From positions 1 to 53,633 of the forward strand of contig JAZOSP010000035.1 of the NCBI GenBank assembly GCA_045657165.1: 53,633 bases of DNA, written 5' to 3'. Within the stretch, counting starts at the first letter, position 1, and each line of letters opens with the position of its first letter. A model generated the notes under the pieces. The model saw nothing but the letters and a program-made list of their open reading frames with translations, was not told where the DNA came from and did no database searches. The position numbers and the translations under genes are program-made. This stretch comes from Eubacteriales bacterium. Lineage in GTDB: Bacteria > Bacillota > Clostridia > Oscillospirales > CAG-272. Shown here one piece after another: positions 38,501 to 47,707 of this stretch.

Positions 38501-40087
38501 TATCTGCTTTTTATATTCAAGATATTCCTCATAGCTACCGCGCCTGTCAATGAAACCTTCAGGAGTTATCTCAATTATTCTGTTGGCAACAGTGTTCAGT
38601 ATTTCATAGTCGTGCGAGGAGAAAAGAATATTGCCCTTAAAATTCTGCATACCATGGTTAACCGCAGTAATTGATTCAAGGTCGAGATGGTCGGTGGGCT
38701 GGTCGATTATCAACATATTTGAACCGAACATCATCATTCGCGAGAACATACACCGTACCTTCTCGCCGCCCGAAAGCACGTTAACAGGCTTGAACACAGC
38801 CTCGTTTGAGAAAAGCATTTTGCCGAGGAAGCCTCGCAGATAGGTCTCGGTTTGATCCTTTGAATACTGCCTCATCCAATCGAGTATAGACTCACTGTGC
38901 CCCTCAAAATATCTGCTGTTATCGTGTGGAAAATAAGAGGTGGAAATTGATACTCCGAACTTAAATTCGCCCGAATCCGCCGTATCCTCGCCGTTCAGGA
39001 TATTAAAAAGCGTGCTTATAGCAAGCTCGTTACCGAGAAATGCGATTTTATCGTCCTTGTATACATGAAACGACAGGTTTTTGAAAAGCGTATTGCCGCC
39101 AAGAGCCTTTGTAAGCCCCTCAACGTGCAAGATTTCCTTGCCCGGCTCTCTGTCCATATCAAAGCCGATAAATGGATAACGGCGGGACGAAGCGGGCAGC
39201 TCCTCAACCGTGAGCTTATCAAGCAGCTTACGGCGCGAGGTTGCCTGCCGCGATTTTGATTTGTTAGCCGAGAAGCGCTGAATAAAGCTTTGCAGCTCTG
39301 CAATTTTCTCCTCGTTGCGCTTGTTCTGCATTTTTATCATACGCTGAATTAACTGGCTTGACTCATACCAAAACTCATAGTTACCAACGTACATTTTTAT
39401 TCCCGAGTAATCAATATCTACGATATTCGTGCATACGTCATTTAAGAAATGACGGTCGTGAGATACGACGAGCACAGTGCCGAAGTAGTCTGAAAGAAAA
39501 TTCTCAAGCCAGAGCACCGCGTCTATATCAAGGCCGTTTGTGGGCTCGTCAAGTAAAATTATATCGGGGTTTCCAAAAAGCGCTTGCGCCAAAAGCACCT
39601 TGACCTTTTCGCTTTCTTTAAGAGTGGACATTTGCATATACAAATAATCATCGGTGAGACCGAGCCCTTGAATGAGCTTCGAAGCGTCGGACTCTGCCTC
39701 CCAGCCGTTAAGCTCGGCAAACTCGCCCTCAAGCTCCGAGGCGCGTATTCCGTCCTCGTCTGTGAAATCTGCCTTGGCATACAGCTCGTCCTTTTCGCGC
39801 ATTATGTCGTAAAGACGTCTATTGCCCATTATAACCGTATCAAGAACGGTATACTTATCAAAGGCGAAGTGGTCTTGCTTTAGAACCGACATTCTGACCG
39901 TATCGGGAATCGAGACCTCGCCGCGCGTAGGTTCAAGCTCGCCGCAAAGAATACGTAGAAACGTGGATTTTCCCGCCCCGTTAGCACCGATTATACCATA
40001 GCAGTTGCCGGGGGTAAATTTCAGGTCAACGTCCTTGAAAAGGAGCTGACCGCCAAACTGAAATGAAAGATTGTTAACTGAAATCAC
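38498..40087 (-). CDS. ABC-F family ATPase (YbiT/YkpA-like)
   Basis: Two ABC domains, no TM segments; GANGAGKST, YVGNYEFWYESSQL linker, SANKSKSRQATSRRK. Confidence 0.9.
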   Translation of the reverse strand: MISVNNLSFQFGGQLLFKDVDLKFTPGNCYGIIGANGAGKSTFLRILCGELEPTRGEVSIPDTVRMSVLKQDHFAFDKYTVLDTVIMGNRRLYDIMREKDELYAKADFTDEDGIRASELEGEFAELNGWEAESDASKLIQGLGLTDDYLYMQMSTLKESEKVKVLLAQALFGNPDIILLDEPTNGLDIDAVLWLENFLSDYFGTVLVVSHDRHFLNDVCTNIVDIDYSGIKMYVGNYEFWYESSQLIQRMIKMQNKRNEEKIAELQSFIQRFSANKSKSRQATSRRKLLDKLTVEELPASSRRYPFIGFDMDREPGKEILHVEGLTKALGGNTLFKNLSFHVYKDDKIAFLGNELAISTLFNILNGEDTADSGEFKFGVSISTSYFPHDNSRYFEGHSESILDWMRQYSKDQTETYLRGFLGKMLFSNEAVFKPVNVLSGGEKVRCMFSRMMMFGSNMLIIDQPTDHLDLESITAVNHGMQNFKGNILFSSHDYEILNTVANRIIEITPEGFIDRRGSYEEYLEYKKQI

Positions 40088-40104
40088 TTTATGCTATTCC
40101 TTTA

Positions 40105-40899
40105 TCATTCTGTAATTGCGTTATATACTTCTCTGATATTTTTCATAACGTAGGTGGGCTTAGTGTCGCTCGAGTCGACGTCTTCTAAAGTGCTTTCGCC
40201 CGAGAGAACGAGTATAGTATCAACCCCTGCATTATAACCAGAGGCAATATCGGTGTAGACTCTGTCGCCTATCATAACGGTTTCTTCCTTTTTATAGCCG
40301 TACTTCTCCATAGCAAGAAGGAGCATTTCAGGACGGGGCTTGCCGATAAAATGCGGGCGTTTACCGGTTGCTCGCCAGAGCATTTCGGCTACCGATCCGC
40401 AATCGGGAACGTAGCCAAATGCAGTCGGGCAAACCCAATCGGGATTTGTCGCAATATACTCGACGTCTCGAAGAAGAAGCTTGCAAGCGTCCTCGAGCTT
40501 TTTGAAGGTAAGCTCATTGTCGTTGCCCATAACTATGCCGAAAATATCGTCCTCAAGCTCAGTCGCCACGTCTATTCCAGCCTCACGAAGTTCCGAGGTA
40601 AAGGAGGTTGTTCCAAACGAATAGAATTTTCTGCCCGGGAATTTATTTTTAATATAGAGAATTGTAGCGTACGTTGAGGTTAAGAAATCGTCTCGTTCTG
40701 CGGGGATTCCGATTGTTTTAAGCTTCTCCACGTAAGCGTCGGCACTCTTTGAGGAGTTATTGGTTAAAAATAAATATCTACCGCCACGGCGCTTTACCTC
40801 TCTTAAAAAATCGGTGGTGCCGTCAAAGAGGACACTGTCAAGATAAATCGTACCGTCCATATCGAGCAAGAAGAATTTCTTATCCGAGATTTTTTTCAT
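40105..40899 (-). CDS. HAD-IIA family hydrolase (NagD-like)
   Basis: DMDGT, LTNNSSK, ATNPD, GKP, GDRVYTDI. Confidence 0.92.
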   Translation of the reverse strand: MKKISDKKFFLLDMDGTIYLDSVLFDGTTDFLREVKRRGGRYLFLTNNSSKSADAYVEKLKTIGIPAERDDFLTSTYATILYIKNKFPGRKFYSFGTTSFTSELREAGIDVATELEDDIFGIVMGNDNELTFKKLEDACKLLLRDVEYIATNPDWVCPTAFGYVPDCGSVAEMLWRATGKRPHFIGKPRPEMLLLAMEKYGYKKEETVMIGDRVYTDIASGYNAGVDTILVLSGESTLEDVDSSDTKPTYVMKNIREVYNAITE

Positions 40900-40914
40900 A
40901 GCACACTCCTGCGT

Positions 40915-40946
40915 TAAAAAAGGCTGCCGCTATGCAGCCTTTTTTA
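40915..40946 (-). terminator. Intrinsic terminator after galE
   Basis: AAAAAAGGCTGC...GCAGCCTTTTTT. Confidence 0.8.
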
Positions 40947-40948
40947 TG

Positions 40949-41968
40949 TTAGTCATCGGGATAACCGTCGGGATTCATTCTCTGCCATCTGGCCGAATCC
41001 TCGCACATTTTTTTAAGGTCGCGCTCGGCGCGCCAGCCAAGCACCACGTATGCTTTAGTGGGGTCTGCATAGCACTCGGCAATATCGCCGGGACGACGCG
41101 GTGCAATTTTGTATTTGATAGGTGTGCCCCACACTTCGCCAAAGGCTTTGACAATATCAAGCACGGAATATCCGTTGCCCGTGCCGACGTTAATGTAGTC
41201 AATGCCCTTCATGGTGGCGGTATAATCAATAGCATTAAGATGAGCGAGAGCGAGGTCTATGACGTGAATGTAGTCGCGCACTCCCGTCCCGTCCGGTGTA
41301 TCATAATCGTTGCCAAAGACACTAAGGCACTCAAGCTTCCCTGCCGCAACCTTTGCGATATACGGAAGAAGATTATTCGGTATACCGCGCGGGTCCTCAC
41401 CGATAAGACCGCTTTCGTGCGCGCCGATAGGATTAAAATATCGAAGAACACACACAGAAAGATCAGGGTTCGCAAGAGCCGTATCCTTAAGAATTCTTTC
41501 AATCATGAGCTTTGTTTCGCCGTAAGGATTGGTTGTAGAGAGAGGAAAGTCCTCCTTGATTGGAACCGACTTTGGAAGACCGTAAACCGTAGCAGATGAG
41601 CTGAAAACTATACGGTGAACCTTGTGCTTCAGCATACATTCAAGAAGATTAAAGGTACCTGTCAGATTGTTGTGATAATACCTAAGAGGAAGCGAGCAGG
41701 ATTCGCCCACCGCCTTTAGCCCCGCAAAATGGATTACGGAATCAATGTCGGGATTCAGAGAGAAAACACTGTCAAGGGTATTATAATCAAGAAGATCGCA
41801 TTTAATAAATTCGGGGCGCTTGCCCGTGATTTTTTCAATTCTGTCAAGCACGCAAAGCTTACTGTTAGAAAGATTGTCAACTATAATAACGCGTTCGCCT
41901 CTTTTGAGAAGCTCTACCACAGTATGAGAACCTATATAGCCGGTTCCTCCCGTAACGAGAATAGCCAT
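40949..41968 (-). CDS. galE: UDP-glucose 4-epimerase
   Basis: GGTGYIGSH, HFAGLKAVGES, YGETK, RYFNPIGAH, DGTGVRDYIHV. Confidence 0.96.
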   Translation of the reverse strand: MAILVTGGTGYIGSHTVVELLKRGERVIIVDNLSNSKLCVLDRIEKITGKRPEFIKCDLLDYNTLDSVFSLNPDIDSVIHFAGLKAVGESCSLPLRYYHNNLTGTFNLLECMLKHKVHRIVFSSSATVYGLPKSVPIKEDFPLSTTNPYGETKLMIERILKDTALANPDLSVCVLRYFNPIGAHESGLIGEDPRGIPNNLLPYIAKVAAGKLECLSVFGNDYDTPDGTGVRDYIHVIDLALAHLNAIDYTATMKGIDYINVGTGNGYSVLDIVKAFGEVWGTPIKYKIAPRRPGDIAECYADPTKAYVVLGWRAERDLKKMCEDSARWQRMNPDGYPDD

Positions 41969-41994
41969 TTTTATCTCCTTAAATCTAATTAAAA

Positions 41995-42026
41995 CAAAAA
42001 AGAGCAGACGAAACTACTCTTTTTTG
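41995..42026 (-). terminator. Terminator after rpmA
   Basis: AAAAAAGAGTAG-TTTCGT-CTGCTCTTTTTT on the minus strand. Confidence 0.7.
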
Positions 42027-42033
42027 ATAAATA

Positions 42034-42312
42034 TTAGTCAGCGTAAACGCTAACCTGCTTCTTACCGCCGGTAATATGCTCGAACTTAACAGTACCGTCA
42101 ACGAGCGCAAAGAGAGTATCGTCAGAGCCGATACCAACGTTCATACCGGGATGAATCTTGGTTCCGCGCTGTCTTACAAGGATATTGCCCGCAATAACAG
42201 CCTGACCGTCAGCCTTTTTAACTCCAAGACGCTTGGACTCGGAATCACGGCCGTTCTTGGTGGAACCAACGCCCTTTTTATGAGCGAAGAATTGTAAACT
42301 GAGCTTTAACAT
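42034..42312 (-). CDS. rpmA: 50S ribosomal protein L27 with Prp-cleaved N-terminal extension
   Basis: MLKLSLQFF|[15 protein letters not shown]; GGAGG RBS. Confidence 0.97.
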   Translation of the reverse strand: MLKLSLQFFAHKKGVGSTKNGRDSESKRLGVKKADGQAVIAGNILVRQRGTKIHPGMNVGIGSDDTLFALVDGTVKFEHITGGKKQVSVYAD

Positions 42313-42358
42313 TTCGTGTACCTCCATATTTATTCGTGGCCTTAAGCCTGCAGTGTGC

Positions 42359-42715
42359 TTAAATCTCACGCTCAACCTCTTTCACGTCAAGATACTCGTA
42401 GTATTCCTCGACAAGATCCATAAGCTGGAAGAAATAAGCCTGTATAAGACCCGAAGCAGCGTACTGCTTCTTTTCATCCTTTTCGTATTTAGGAAGTGCG
42501 GATTTTACTATAAGACGGATATCGGTGGTCTTCTCATCTATTTTATAATCAACGTCGCAGGCATAAGAAACCTCAATAGCGTTGATTATCAGCATTGTCA
42601 TGCTGGATAGAGCCGCGCAGAGCACGTCGTCTCCGGATTCACCGTAGCCTGTATGTCCCTGCTCCTCAAAGCCGTAATAAAACCCGTTGGTCTTATAAAA
42701 GATGATTGTTGTCAT
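42359..42715 (-). CDS. prp: Ribosomal-processing cysteine protease Prp
   Basis: [18 protein letters not shown]; lies between rplU and rpmA. Confidence 0.92.
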   Translation of the reverse strand: MTTIIFYKTNGFYYGFEEQGHTGYGESGDDVLCAALSSMTMLIINAIEVSYACDVDYKIDEKTTDIRLIVKSALPKYEKDEKKQYAASGLIQAYFFQLMDLVEEYYEYLDVKEVEREI

Positions 42716-42723
42716 ATCGCGGA

Positions 42724-43032
42724 TTAACCCTCGATTTTTTCGATCTGAATCTTGGTATAGTCCTGACGATGACCGATCTTCTTCTTTTCGTTCTTCTTGG
42801 ACTTGTACTTGATAACGTCGATCTTCTTGGACTTGCCGTTCTTAACAACGCTTGCAACAACAGTTGCACCTGCTACATAAGGAGTACCTACGGAAAGGGT
42901 CTCGCCGTTAACGCAGAGAACCTTGTCAAAAGTAACCTTCTCGCCTTCAGCGACGCCAAGCTTCTCTACGAAGATAACGTCACCCTCGGCAACCTTGTAC
43001 TGCTTTCCACCCGTTACGAAAATAGCGAACAT
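42724..43032 (-). CDS. rplU: 50S ribosomal protein L21
   Basis: [14 protein letters not shown]...GHRQDYT. Confidence 0.97.
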   Translation of the reverse strand: MFAIFVTGGKQYKVAEGDVIFVEKLGVAEGEKVTFDKVLCVNGETLSVGTPYVAGATVVASVVKNGKSKKIDVIKYKSKKNEKKKIGHRQDYTKIQIEKIEG

Positions 43033-43035
43033 GAA

Positions 43036-43120
43036 AAAGCACCTCACTTTCGTGTAAAATCGCTATCATAGGCGTTCGACATAAAAAAGCCGGCACTTTA
43101 TGAGCCTATCAATAAGCGTC
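43036..43120 (-). ncRNA. Probable L21 ribosomal-protein leader (structured 5' UTR)
   Basis: About 85-nt UTR between the consensus promoter and rplU, with stem CGCT..T.ATAGGC/GCCTATGATAGCG; position matches the Firmicutes L21 leader. Confidence 0.55.
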
Positions 43121-43125
43121 ATAAT

Positions 43126-43154
43126 ATTATAACACTGCACGTATTATTTGTCAA
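43126..43154 (-). promoter_or_regulatory. Sigma-A promoter of rplU-prp-rpmA
   Basis: TTGACA-N17-TATAAT with extended TG. Confidence 0.85.
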
Positions 43155-43201
43155 TAGTAATTTAAGAAATATCCTCAAATTCCTCAAATATTCTTAAAAA
43201 A

Positions 43202-43645
43202 TTATTCTTCCTCGCAAACAGCCGCGTCGCAAGCCTCGCAATCGCCGTCGCAAAGCTCAACGTCGCCTATTTTTTCACCGCAAGCGGGGCAAACGATATC
43301 CTCGGGGTCGAGCGAGTCGTCGAAGCAAACCTTCTCGCCGCAAGCAGGACACTCAATCTCATAGTACTCGGAATCATCGTCGTACTCGTAGTCGTCATCG
43401 TCCTCGTATTCCTCGTCGTCATCGGTGAAATATACGTCCTCCTCAACCTCACCGAGGTCGTGGTCAAGCTCCTCAACGTACTCGTGAAGCTCCTTATTGT
43501 CAGCTTCAAGCGCTGCAATCTTATCTGCCATATCAGCCATAAGAGTCAGCATTTCGCTGATAATCTTGCCCTCTTTTGTGGTCTTGTCAATTTCATATCC
43601 GTCAAAGAGTCCCTTAAGATATGCTGCATTTTCTGTAATTCCCAT
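43202..43645 (-). CDS. CD1247-like acidic zinc-ribbon protein
   Basis: AYLKGLFDG..TKEGKII N-terminus, Asp/Glu tract, CPAC twice; downstream of efp as in other clostridia. Confidence 0.75.
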   Translation of the reverse strand: MGITENAAYLKGLFDGYEIDKTTKEGKIISEMLTLMADMADKIAALEADNKELHEYVEELDHDLGEVEEDVYFTDDDEEYEDDDDYEYDDDSEYYEIECPACGEKVCFDDSLDPEDIVCPACGEKIGDVELCDGDCEACDAAVCEEE

Positions 43646-43669
43646 TTTAATTCTCCTTATTATTTGGTA

Positions 43670-43701
43670 AAAATGCTCCCCTAGGTTGCGGAGAGCATTT
43701 C
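43670..43701 (-). terminator. Terminator after efp
   Basis: AAATGCTCTCC...GGGGAGCATTTT on the minus strand. Confidence 0.6.
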
Positions 43702-43706
43702 GTTAT

Positions 43707-44264
43707 TTAAGCTCTTTCGAGATACTCACCGGTTCTGGTATCAATCTTGAGCACGTCGCCCTCGTTGATGAAGATCGGAACCTTTACAACCGCACCGGTC
43801 TCAAGGACTGCTTCCTTCGTAACGTTGGTAGCGGTATCACCGCGAACGCCGGGCTCGGTTTCAGTAACCGCAAGCTCAACGAATGTGGGAGGCTCAACTG
43901 AGAATACGTTGCCCTTCCAAGAGGAAATACGGCAAACGGTATTTTCCTTGACAAACTTGAAATTGTCGCCGAGCTTGTCTGCGTTGAGGGGAATCTGCTC
44001 GTAGGACTCCTGGTCCATAAAATAATAAAGCTCGCCGTCGTTGTAAAGGTACTCAAGGTCCTTACGCTCGATAACGGCATTCTCAAACTTTGCGGTGGGG
44101 TTGAAGGACGCCTCGCGGATAGCACCGGTAACAACGTCTCTGTACTTGGTTCTAACGAACGCAGCGCCCTTACCGGGCTTTACGTGTTGGAACTCGATTA
44201 CCTGATAAACCTTACCCTCCATCTCGAAGGTAACACCGTTTTTGAAATCACCTGCTGTTAACAT
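43707..44264 (-). CDS. efp: Elongation factor P
   Basis: [30 protein letters not shown]; start at MLTAGDF. Confidence 0.97.
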   Translation of the reverse strand: MLTAGDFKNGVTFEMEGKVYQVIEFQHVKPGKGAAFVRTKYRDVVTGAIREASFNPTAKFENAVIERKDLEYLYNDGELYYFMDQESYEQIPLNADKLGDNFKFVKENTVCRISSWKGNVFSVEPPTFVELAVTETEPGVRGDTATNVTKEAVLETGAVVKVPIFINEGDVLKIDTRTGEYLERA

Positions 44265-44372
44265 ATTACAGTTTCCTTTTCTTGGCGAATTAAGAATTTT
44301 CTTGGGGCAATCGGTCCGCCACAACCATGCGAATCGCGCGACACGCGCGGTATGCCCATAGTGTACACAGAT

Positions 44373-44401
44373 ATTTTACTATAATTTTGACGATTTTGCA
44401 A
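44373..44401 (-). promoter_or_regulatory. Sigma-A promoter of efp
   Basis: TTGCAA-N17-TAAAAT, implying a ~100-nt 5' UTR. Confidence 0.55.
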
Positions 44402-44437
44402 TAGGAAAGTGAAAATATTTTCAAAAATCTCGTAAAA

Positions 44438-45508
44438 TCAGAGAATTTCAACTAAATCCTTGGGAGAATGAGTGAAATTATATACTCCATCTTTCTCAAT
44501 AAGCACCATATCCTCGATACGGCAGCCGTATTTCCCAAAGAGATATATGCCCGGCTCAACGGTAAGAATCTCACCTGAGCGCAGTGCTCTGCCAAACGAG
44601 CGAGAGGAAAGCCTCGGCGACTCATGAATAAAAAGTCCAACGGAGTGACCGAGCGAGTGACCGAAAGCGCCCTTATATTCGGGCACAGAGTCTATAATAT
44701 CACGCGCTATCTTATCAGCCTCACCGGCGTCAGCCCCCTCGCGTAGATAACCGATAGCCGCGAGCTGCGCCTTGAGAACCGTATTGTATAGCTTTTTCAT
44801 CTCGTCGTCGGCTCTGCCGATTACGACCGTTCTTGTCATATCCGAGCAGTAGCCCTGGTATTTCGCGCCGAAGTCCATAGTGAGGAAGCCACGCTTCAGC
44901 TTAACGTTTCGCGGCGTGCCGTGAGGAAGCGCCGAGGCGTCGCCGGAAACAGCAATAGTATCAAAGGAAACCGATTCCGCACCTGCCTTACGCATAGCAT
45001 ATTCAAGTTCAACCGCAACGTCTAGCTCGGTCATATCGGCCCTCAGCATACCGAGCACGTGCGCATACGCCTTGTCGGCAATATCCTGTGCTGCTTGCAT
45101 TTTTCGTATCTCTTCGGGAGTTTTCAGCTGACGGAGCAGCTCCAACATATCTCCAACGTCAACAAACTCAACGCTTACGTGACGGTCGGAGTACGCCTTG
45201 TACGCCGAATATGAGAGTGTGCCGCCTTCAAATCCCACAGTTTTAGCCCCCGAGTCGGAGAAGAATTTCTCAAGAAAATTCCCTCTGTTCTCGGGCATAA
45301 CCACCTCAAATTCCCTGTCTGCAGAGTTAAGCGCCATCTCATAATATCTGAAATCGGTAACAAGGTATGCCTTATCCTGCGATATTACAAGGAAGCCGTC
45401 GGTAAAAGCAAAATCCGACAGATAGTGCTGATTGAGCTCGTCGAGAACGAGGAGTGTATCAAGGTTTAACCTTTTCAGTTCGGCTCTTAGTTTTTCAAGC
45501 TTTGTCAT
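44438..45508 (-). CDS. Xaa-Pro aminopeptidase (M24B)
   Basis: TDFRY, ALPHG, DFG..YCSDMTRT, HSLGHSVGL.IHE, EPGIY, RIED. Confidence 0.93.
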   Translation of the reverse strand: MTKLEKLRAELKRLNLDTLLVLDELNQHYLSDFAFTDGFLVISQDKAYLVTDFRYYEMALNSADREFEVVMPENRGNFLEKFFSDSGAKTVGFEGGTLSYSAYKAYSDRHVSVEFVDVGDMLELLRQLKTPEEIRKMQAAQDIADKAYAHVLGMLRADMTELDVAVELEYAMRKAGAESVSFDTIAVSGDASALPHGTPRNVKLKRGFLTMDFGAKYQGYCSDMTRTVVIGRADDEMKKLYNTVLKAQLAAIGYLREGADAGEADKIARDIIDSVPEYKGAFGHSLGHSVGLFIHESPRLSSRSFGRALRSGEILTVEPGIYLFGKYGCRIEDMVLIEKDGVYNFTHSPKDLVEIL

Positions 45509-46353
45509 CTAACTTTCTCCATATAGTATTTTTTCATTGCCAGTGCGTCATCAGACTGAGTACCTGCAGATTCACAAATAATCGTTGGACTAAGGTGATT
45601 CTTTATTATCGTATCTACAAGAGGCTCGAAATTCGGGCCATACACCGTATCCTCAAACGTCAGGTGCTTTTTCTCGCCTGAGCCAGTCCACTCGATTTTT
45701 GAGAAATGGCAGTGTAGATTTTCAGCAATATCCGCACCCATAGCACGGTCGATTTTATCAAAAACGCGCATATAATGGTCGGCAGTTTCAAAAACTCGAC
45801 CCAAATCTCTTGCATTAAGATGTCCAAAATCCACGACGGGAACAAATGCGGAATCGATTCTGCAAAGCTCGAGCACCTCTTCAAGCGTGCCAAGCTGATT
45901 TATCTTACCCATCGTTTCAAGGCCTATTTTTATGCCGTAGGTATCAACCTCGGAAAGAGTACGCACGAGTGTATCTGCCGCAAGGCGCATAGCCTCATCA
46001 CGTGAAATTTTGGCGGCTGAGCCTGTGTGAACAACAATGGTTTTCGCTCCAAGCAGCCTCGCTGCGTCAAGGCTCTGCCTTATGTAGCCTATGCTCTTAA
46101 GGCGCTTTTCCTCCTCAATGCCGGAGAGAGAAATGAAATACGGGGTGTGGTAGGACATCTTTATGTTATGCTCCTTGGCTTCCCTGCCAACTGCCATAAG
46201 CATTGTCTGTGACGCAGACAAGCCGTTGCCTGCCTCGTATTCGTAGGCGTCAAGCCCTATTGATTTTACCCAAGCGGGCGCTTCAAGCGTTGATTTTCCC
46301 CCCGCTGCTTTGAACGCATTGCTGTTTCCGCCGGGACCAAAAAATGCTTTCAT
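45505..46353 (-). CDS. nfo: AP endonuclease IV-type TIM-barrel protein
   Basis: HTPYFISL, VVHTG, ETMGK, DFGHLNAR, HCHFS, ICES. Confidence 0.75.
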   Translation of the reverse strand: MKAFFGPGGNSNAFKAAGGKSTLEAPAWVKSIGLDAYEYEAGNGLSASQTMLMAVGREAKEHNIKMSYHTPYFISLSGIEEEKRLKSIGYIRQSLDAARLLGAKTIVVHTGSAAKISRDEAMRLAADTLVRTLSEVDTYGIKIGLETMGKINQLGTLEEVLELCRIDSAFVPVVDFGHLNARDLGRVFETADHYMRVFDKIDRAMGADIAENLHCHFSKIEWTGSGEKKHLTFEDTVYGPNFEPLVDTIIKNHLSPTIICESAGTQSDDALAMKKYYMEKVR

Positions 46354-46880
46354 ATTTTCTCTCTTTCTTCAGTATCCTTTAGCTTTGCCAATTTAGCGTA
46401 TTTCCTTAAAATCGGGCGCTCGAGCAGCCTTTTGAATCGAGTGAACAAATCCCGCTTATCGTTGATAGGTGGTACGAGAATTGCACGAACTCCCGCGTTG
46501 TGTGCTGCCCATACGTCAGTAAAAATCTGGTCGCCCATAAGTATCGTATCGCCTTTGCCCGTTCCCATATCGCGCATAGCGCGAAGGAGATTTTTCTTAA
46601 ACGGCTTCCCTGCTTTAGAGTACGCAGGCATACCAATCTCTTTGTTAAAAAGCTCAACGCGAGCTCTGTTATTGTTTGAAACGATAGCGGTTTTGATACC
46701 GTGCTCTCTCAGCGAATCAAGCCATCTTATCACGTGTGCCCCCGGTGTCGGGTGCTCATACGGCTCAAGTGTGTTGTCAACATCAAGTATCACCCCACGC
46801 ACCCCGATAGACAAAAGGAATTCCGCGCTCGCCATATCAAATGTGTCGAATATATATTCCGGAACGAAAGTAAATGCCAT
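46350..46880 (-). CDS. yqeG: YqeG-family HAD IIIA phosphatase
   Basis: DVDNTL, VSNN, AGKP, GDQIFTDV. Confidence 0.9.
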   Translation of the reverse strand: MAFTFVPEYIFDTFDMASAEFLLSIGVRGVILDVDNTLEPYEHPTPGAHVIRWLDSLREHGIKTAIVSNNNRARVELFNKEIGMPAYSKAGKPFKKNLLRAMRDMGTGKGDTILMGDQIFTDVWAAHNAGVRAILVPPINDKRDLFTRFKRLLERPILRKYAKLAKLKDTEEREKI

Positions 46881-46907
46881 TGTATTCTCCAAAAAGATGA
46901 TACAATA

Positions 46908-46936
46908 ATTATAGTATATTTTGCCTGCGGTGTCAA
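46908..46936 (-). promoter_or_regulatory. Sigma-A promoter of yqeG-nfo-pepP
   Basis: TTGACA-N17-TATAAT, perfect consensus. Confidence 0.85.
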
Positions 46937-46974
46937 GTAGACTCGGCAGATATGTAAACAATTACCTCAAATGA

Positions 46975-47004
46975 TTGACTTTGAACGCAGTGTTATGCTA
47001 TACT
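46975..47004 (+). promoter_or_regulatory. Sigma-A promoter of the ABC pair
   Basis: TTGACT-N18-TATACT with extended TG. Confidence 0.55.
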
Positions 47005-47031
47005 ATAAAAAATAAGACGGTAGGTTCCGAT

Positions 47032-47703
47032 ATGATTAACATAAATGGGCTTTCAAAGAAATATACGGCTTTGCAAAATGATATAATAGCGCTCGACAAC
47101 GTGACGCTGAATATTGCTACAGGAGACTTTGTGGCGATAATCGGTGAGTCAGGCTCCGGGAAAACGACACTTCTGAATATGCTTTCAGGCCTTGATACGC
47201 CGGACAGCGGAACGGTCAGCATTGACGGCACCGTTATCACGAGACTATCTCAAAACGAGGCTGCGAAGCTCCGCAGACAGAAAATAGGCGTTATATATCA
47301 GTTTTATAATCTCGTTCCCGAGCTGAATATGCGAGATAATATTACCCTTCCCACAGAGCTTGATAAGCGAAGGATTGACGAGGAACGCCTCGCAAAAATT
47401 ATCGAAACCGTCGGACTTTCCAGAAGAGAGCTTGATTTCCCCACTGCTCTCTCGGGAGGTCAGCAACAGCGCGTGGCAATAGCCCGCGCACTGTATGGAA
47501 ATCCGTCGCTTATTTTGGCAGACGAGCCCACCGGCAATCTTGACGAAAGAAACGGTGACGAAATTCTGCGACTGCTCTACGAGCTTAATGAAAAGCACGG
47601 TATAACCGTGATAGTAGTGACACACAGTCGCACCGTAGCCGCTACCGCTAAGCGAGTCATCAGGCTGGAGTGTGGCAAAGTCGTATCGGACGATAGGAGA
47701 TAG
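47032..47703 (+). CDS. ABC ATP-binding protein (LolD/MacB/FtsE type)
   Basis: [34 protein letters not shown]. Confidence 0.93.
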   Translation: MININGLSKKYTALQNDIIALDNVTLNIATGDFVAIIGESGSGKTTLLNMLSGLDTPDSGTVSIDGTVITRLSQNEAAKLRRQKIGVIYQFYNLVPELNMRDNITLPTELDKRRIDEERLAKIIETVGLSRRELDFPTALSGGQQQRVAIARALYGNPSLILADEPTGNLDERNGDEILRLLYELNEKHGITVIVVTHSRTVAATAKRVIRLECGKVVSDDRR

Positions 47704-47707
47704 AGCT

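Noticed and set aside
44258-44359. 33-codon uORF ([22 protein letters not shown]...) overlapping the efp start as an EF-P-sensing leader peptide
   Set aside because: It has no consecutive prolines and no SD; the RNA structure explains the region better.
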